Assembly (NCBI GenBank): GCA_024137785.1
Contig: JAHRHZ010000059.1
Location: 4,840,624-4,904,623, forward strand
DNA from: Ginglymostoma cirratum
Lineage: Eukaryota
Direction of reading: 5' to 3'
Length of the DNA stretch: 64,000 bases
In this document: positions 63,038-64,000 of the stretch, piece after piece
Position numbering within the stretch: the first letter of the stretch is position 1
Layout of the letters: every line of letters begins with the position of its first letter
Translations under genes and position numbers: made by a program
The notes under the pieces: model-generated
Seen by the model: only the letters and a program-made list of their open reading frames with translations
Databases searched by the model: none
Told to the model about the DNA's origin: nothing

Positions 63038-64000
63038 TTTGATTGAAAGAAGAACATTCGGCAGAGCAAGTTCACCCACATATCACCCATGTATTAAGTG
63101 TCACTAGAACAAATTATCTGAACATAACTATATTCCTTCATCCTGCACTCAAAATTCGCCTGTGAAATAAGCTCCCTTTCCTGACATGCCAATTAAGAAA
63201 TCTGCAAGGGCTTCTCTACTATTGTTTACCACAAGATACCTTCTCTGATCAGTATATGTTTTGGGATTTCTACAGTTCCACACACAATAAGACTGGCCTT
63301 GTCGGCAACCTTCTAAACAGAACCCAATGTATTTGAATACCATGCATAATTGATGCTTAAAAAGAATGCATCAAAACTATCCTGCAGCATAATTGCTCCC
63401 CTAATCAGATAATTTTTCAATATATATCATACAATCCCCTGAATGGATCTAAAGTCACGACCTTTCTCTCTGAACATTGCCCAGTTGATATCAGGTTACC
63501 CTAGTAAGGTATCTCAAAATTTCTAACAGCAGGTAAAACCAACTGCATCATGTTGTTACTATGTCAACGTGTTACTGGTATGTAGGCCATATGTCCCAAA
63601 GGCTGGCAAATTATATCAAACAGCCATCAGATGTTTGCAACAAGCCATCTACTGACCATATCCTGCCAACCGTGCTTACAAAACTCAAAATGCAGCACCC
63701 AACATTCGATATGATTCTACGATTGGACAACATTGCTAAATAATCTTTAGAGCACTAAGTATTACTCTGAGAATCAATTTAAGATTGTCAGTTGGATTTT
63801 GGTATGGCACATTTGTGCATTCTGGAAGATAGATAGGCCAGGACAGATAGACCGGACCATGTTCTTTGCAGAAGGATCATGTACAGGAGCTCCCCGATTT
63901 ACAAACATATGACTCATGAATGATTGTACTTACGAACACAGTCCCACATATGGGTCTGATTTTAAAGATCTAACATACGAATGTTTCCTGAACTTACAAT

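Noticed and set aside
57450-64000. Terminal exons of a neighbouring gene such as PRKN, expected from human synteny
   Set aside because: No matching peptide or convincing exon is visible in the ORF track or the sequence.

Overview
Repeat-rich vertebrate genomic DNA, almost certainly from a shark or other cartilaginous fish (HE1-type SINEs, Deu-domain SINEs, CR1 LINEs, Penelope-like elements). The only host gene I can support is the 5' part of an AGPAT4-like lysophosphatidic acid acyltransferase on the minus strand. It has two coding exons (22517-22694 and 1345-1514) joined across a 21 kb GT-AG intron, and the gene continues left of the window. Two CpG-retaining zones (about 36.3-36.7 kb and 56.4-57.45 kb) are candidate promoters or non-coding first exons. 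Almost all other ORFs in the track are decayed retroelement fragments or noise. The most unusual signal is a recurring class of Penelope-like element (PLE) insertions made of two outward-facing element ends. One end is complete and the other stops about 30-50 nt short. Several are flanked by exact 8-17 bp target-site duplications (TSDs), and most carry a decayed minimal hammerhead-ribozyme motif near their inner ends. One of them (30912-31313) encloses a copy of about 195 bp of genomic DNA found about 1 kb away. Repeat boundaries are by-eye estimates unless a TSD or splice site is quoted.
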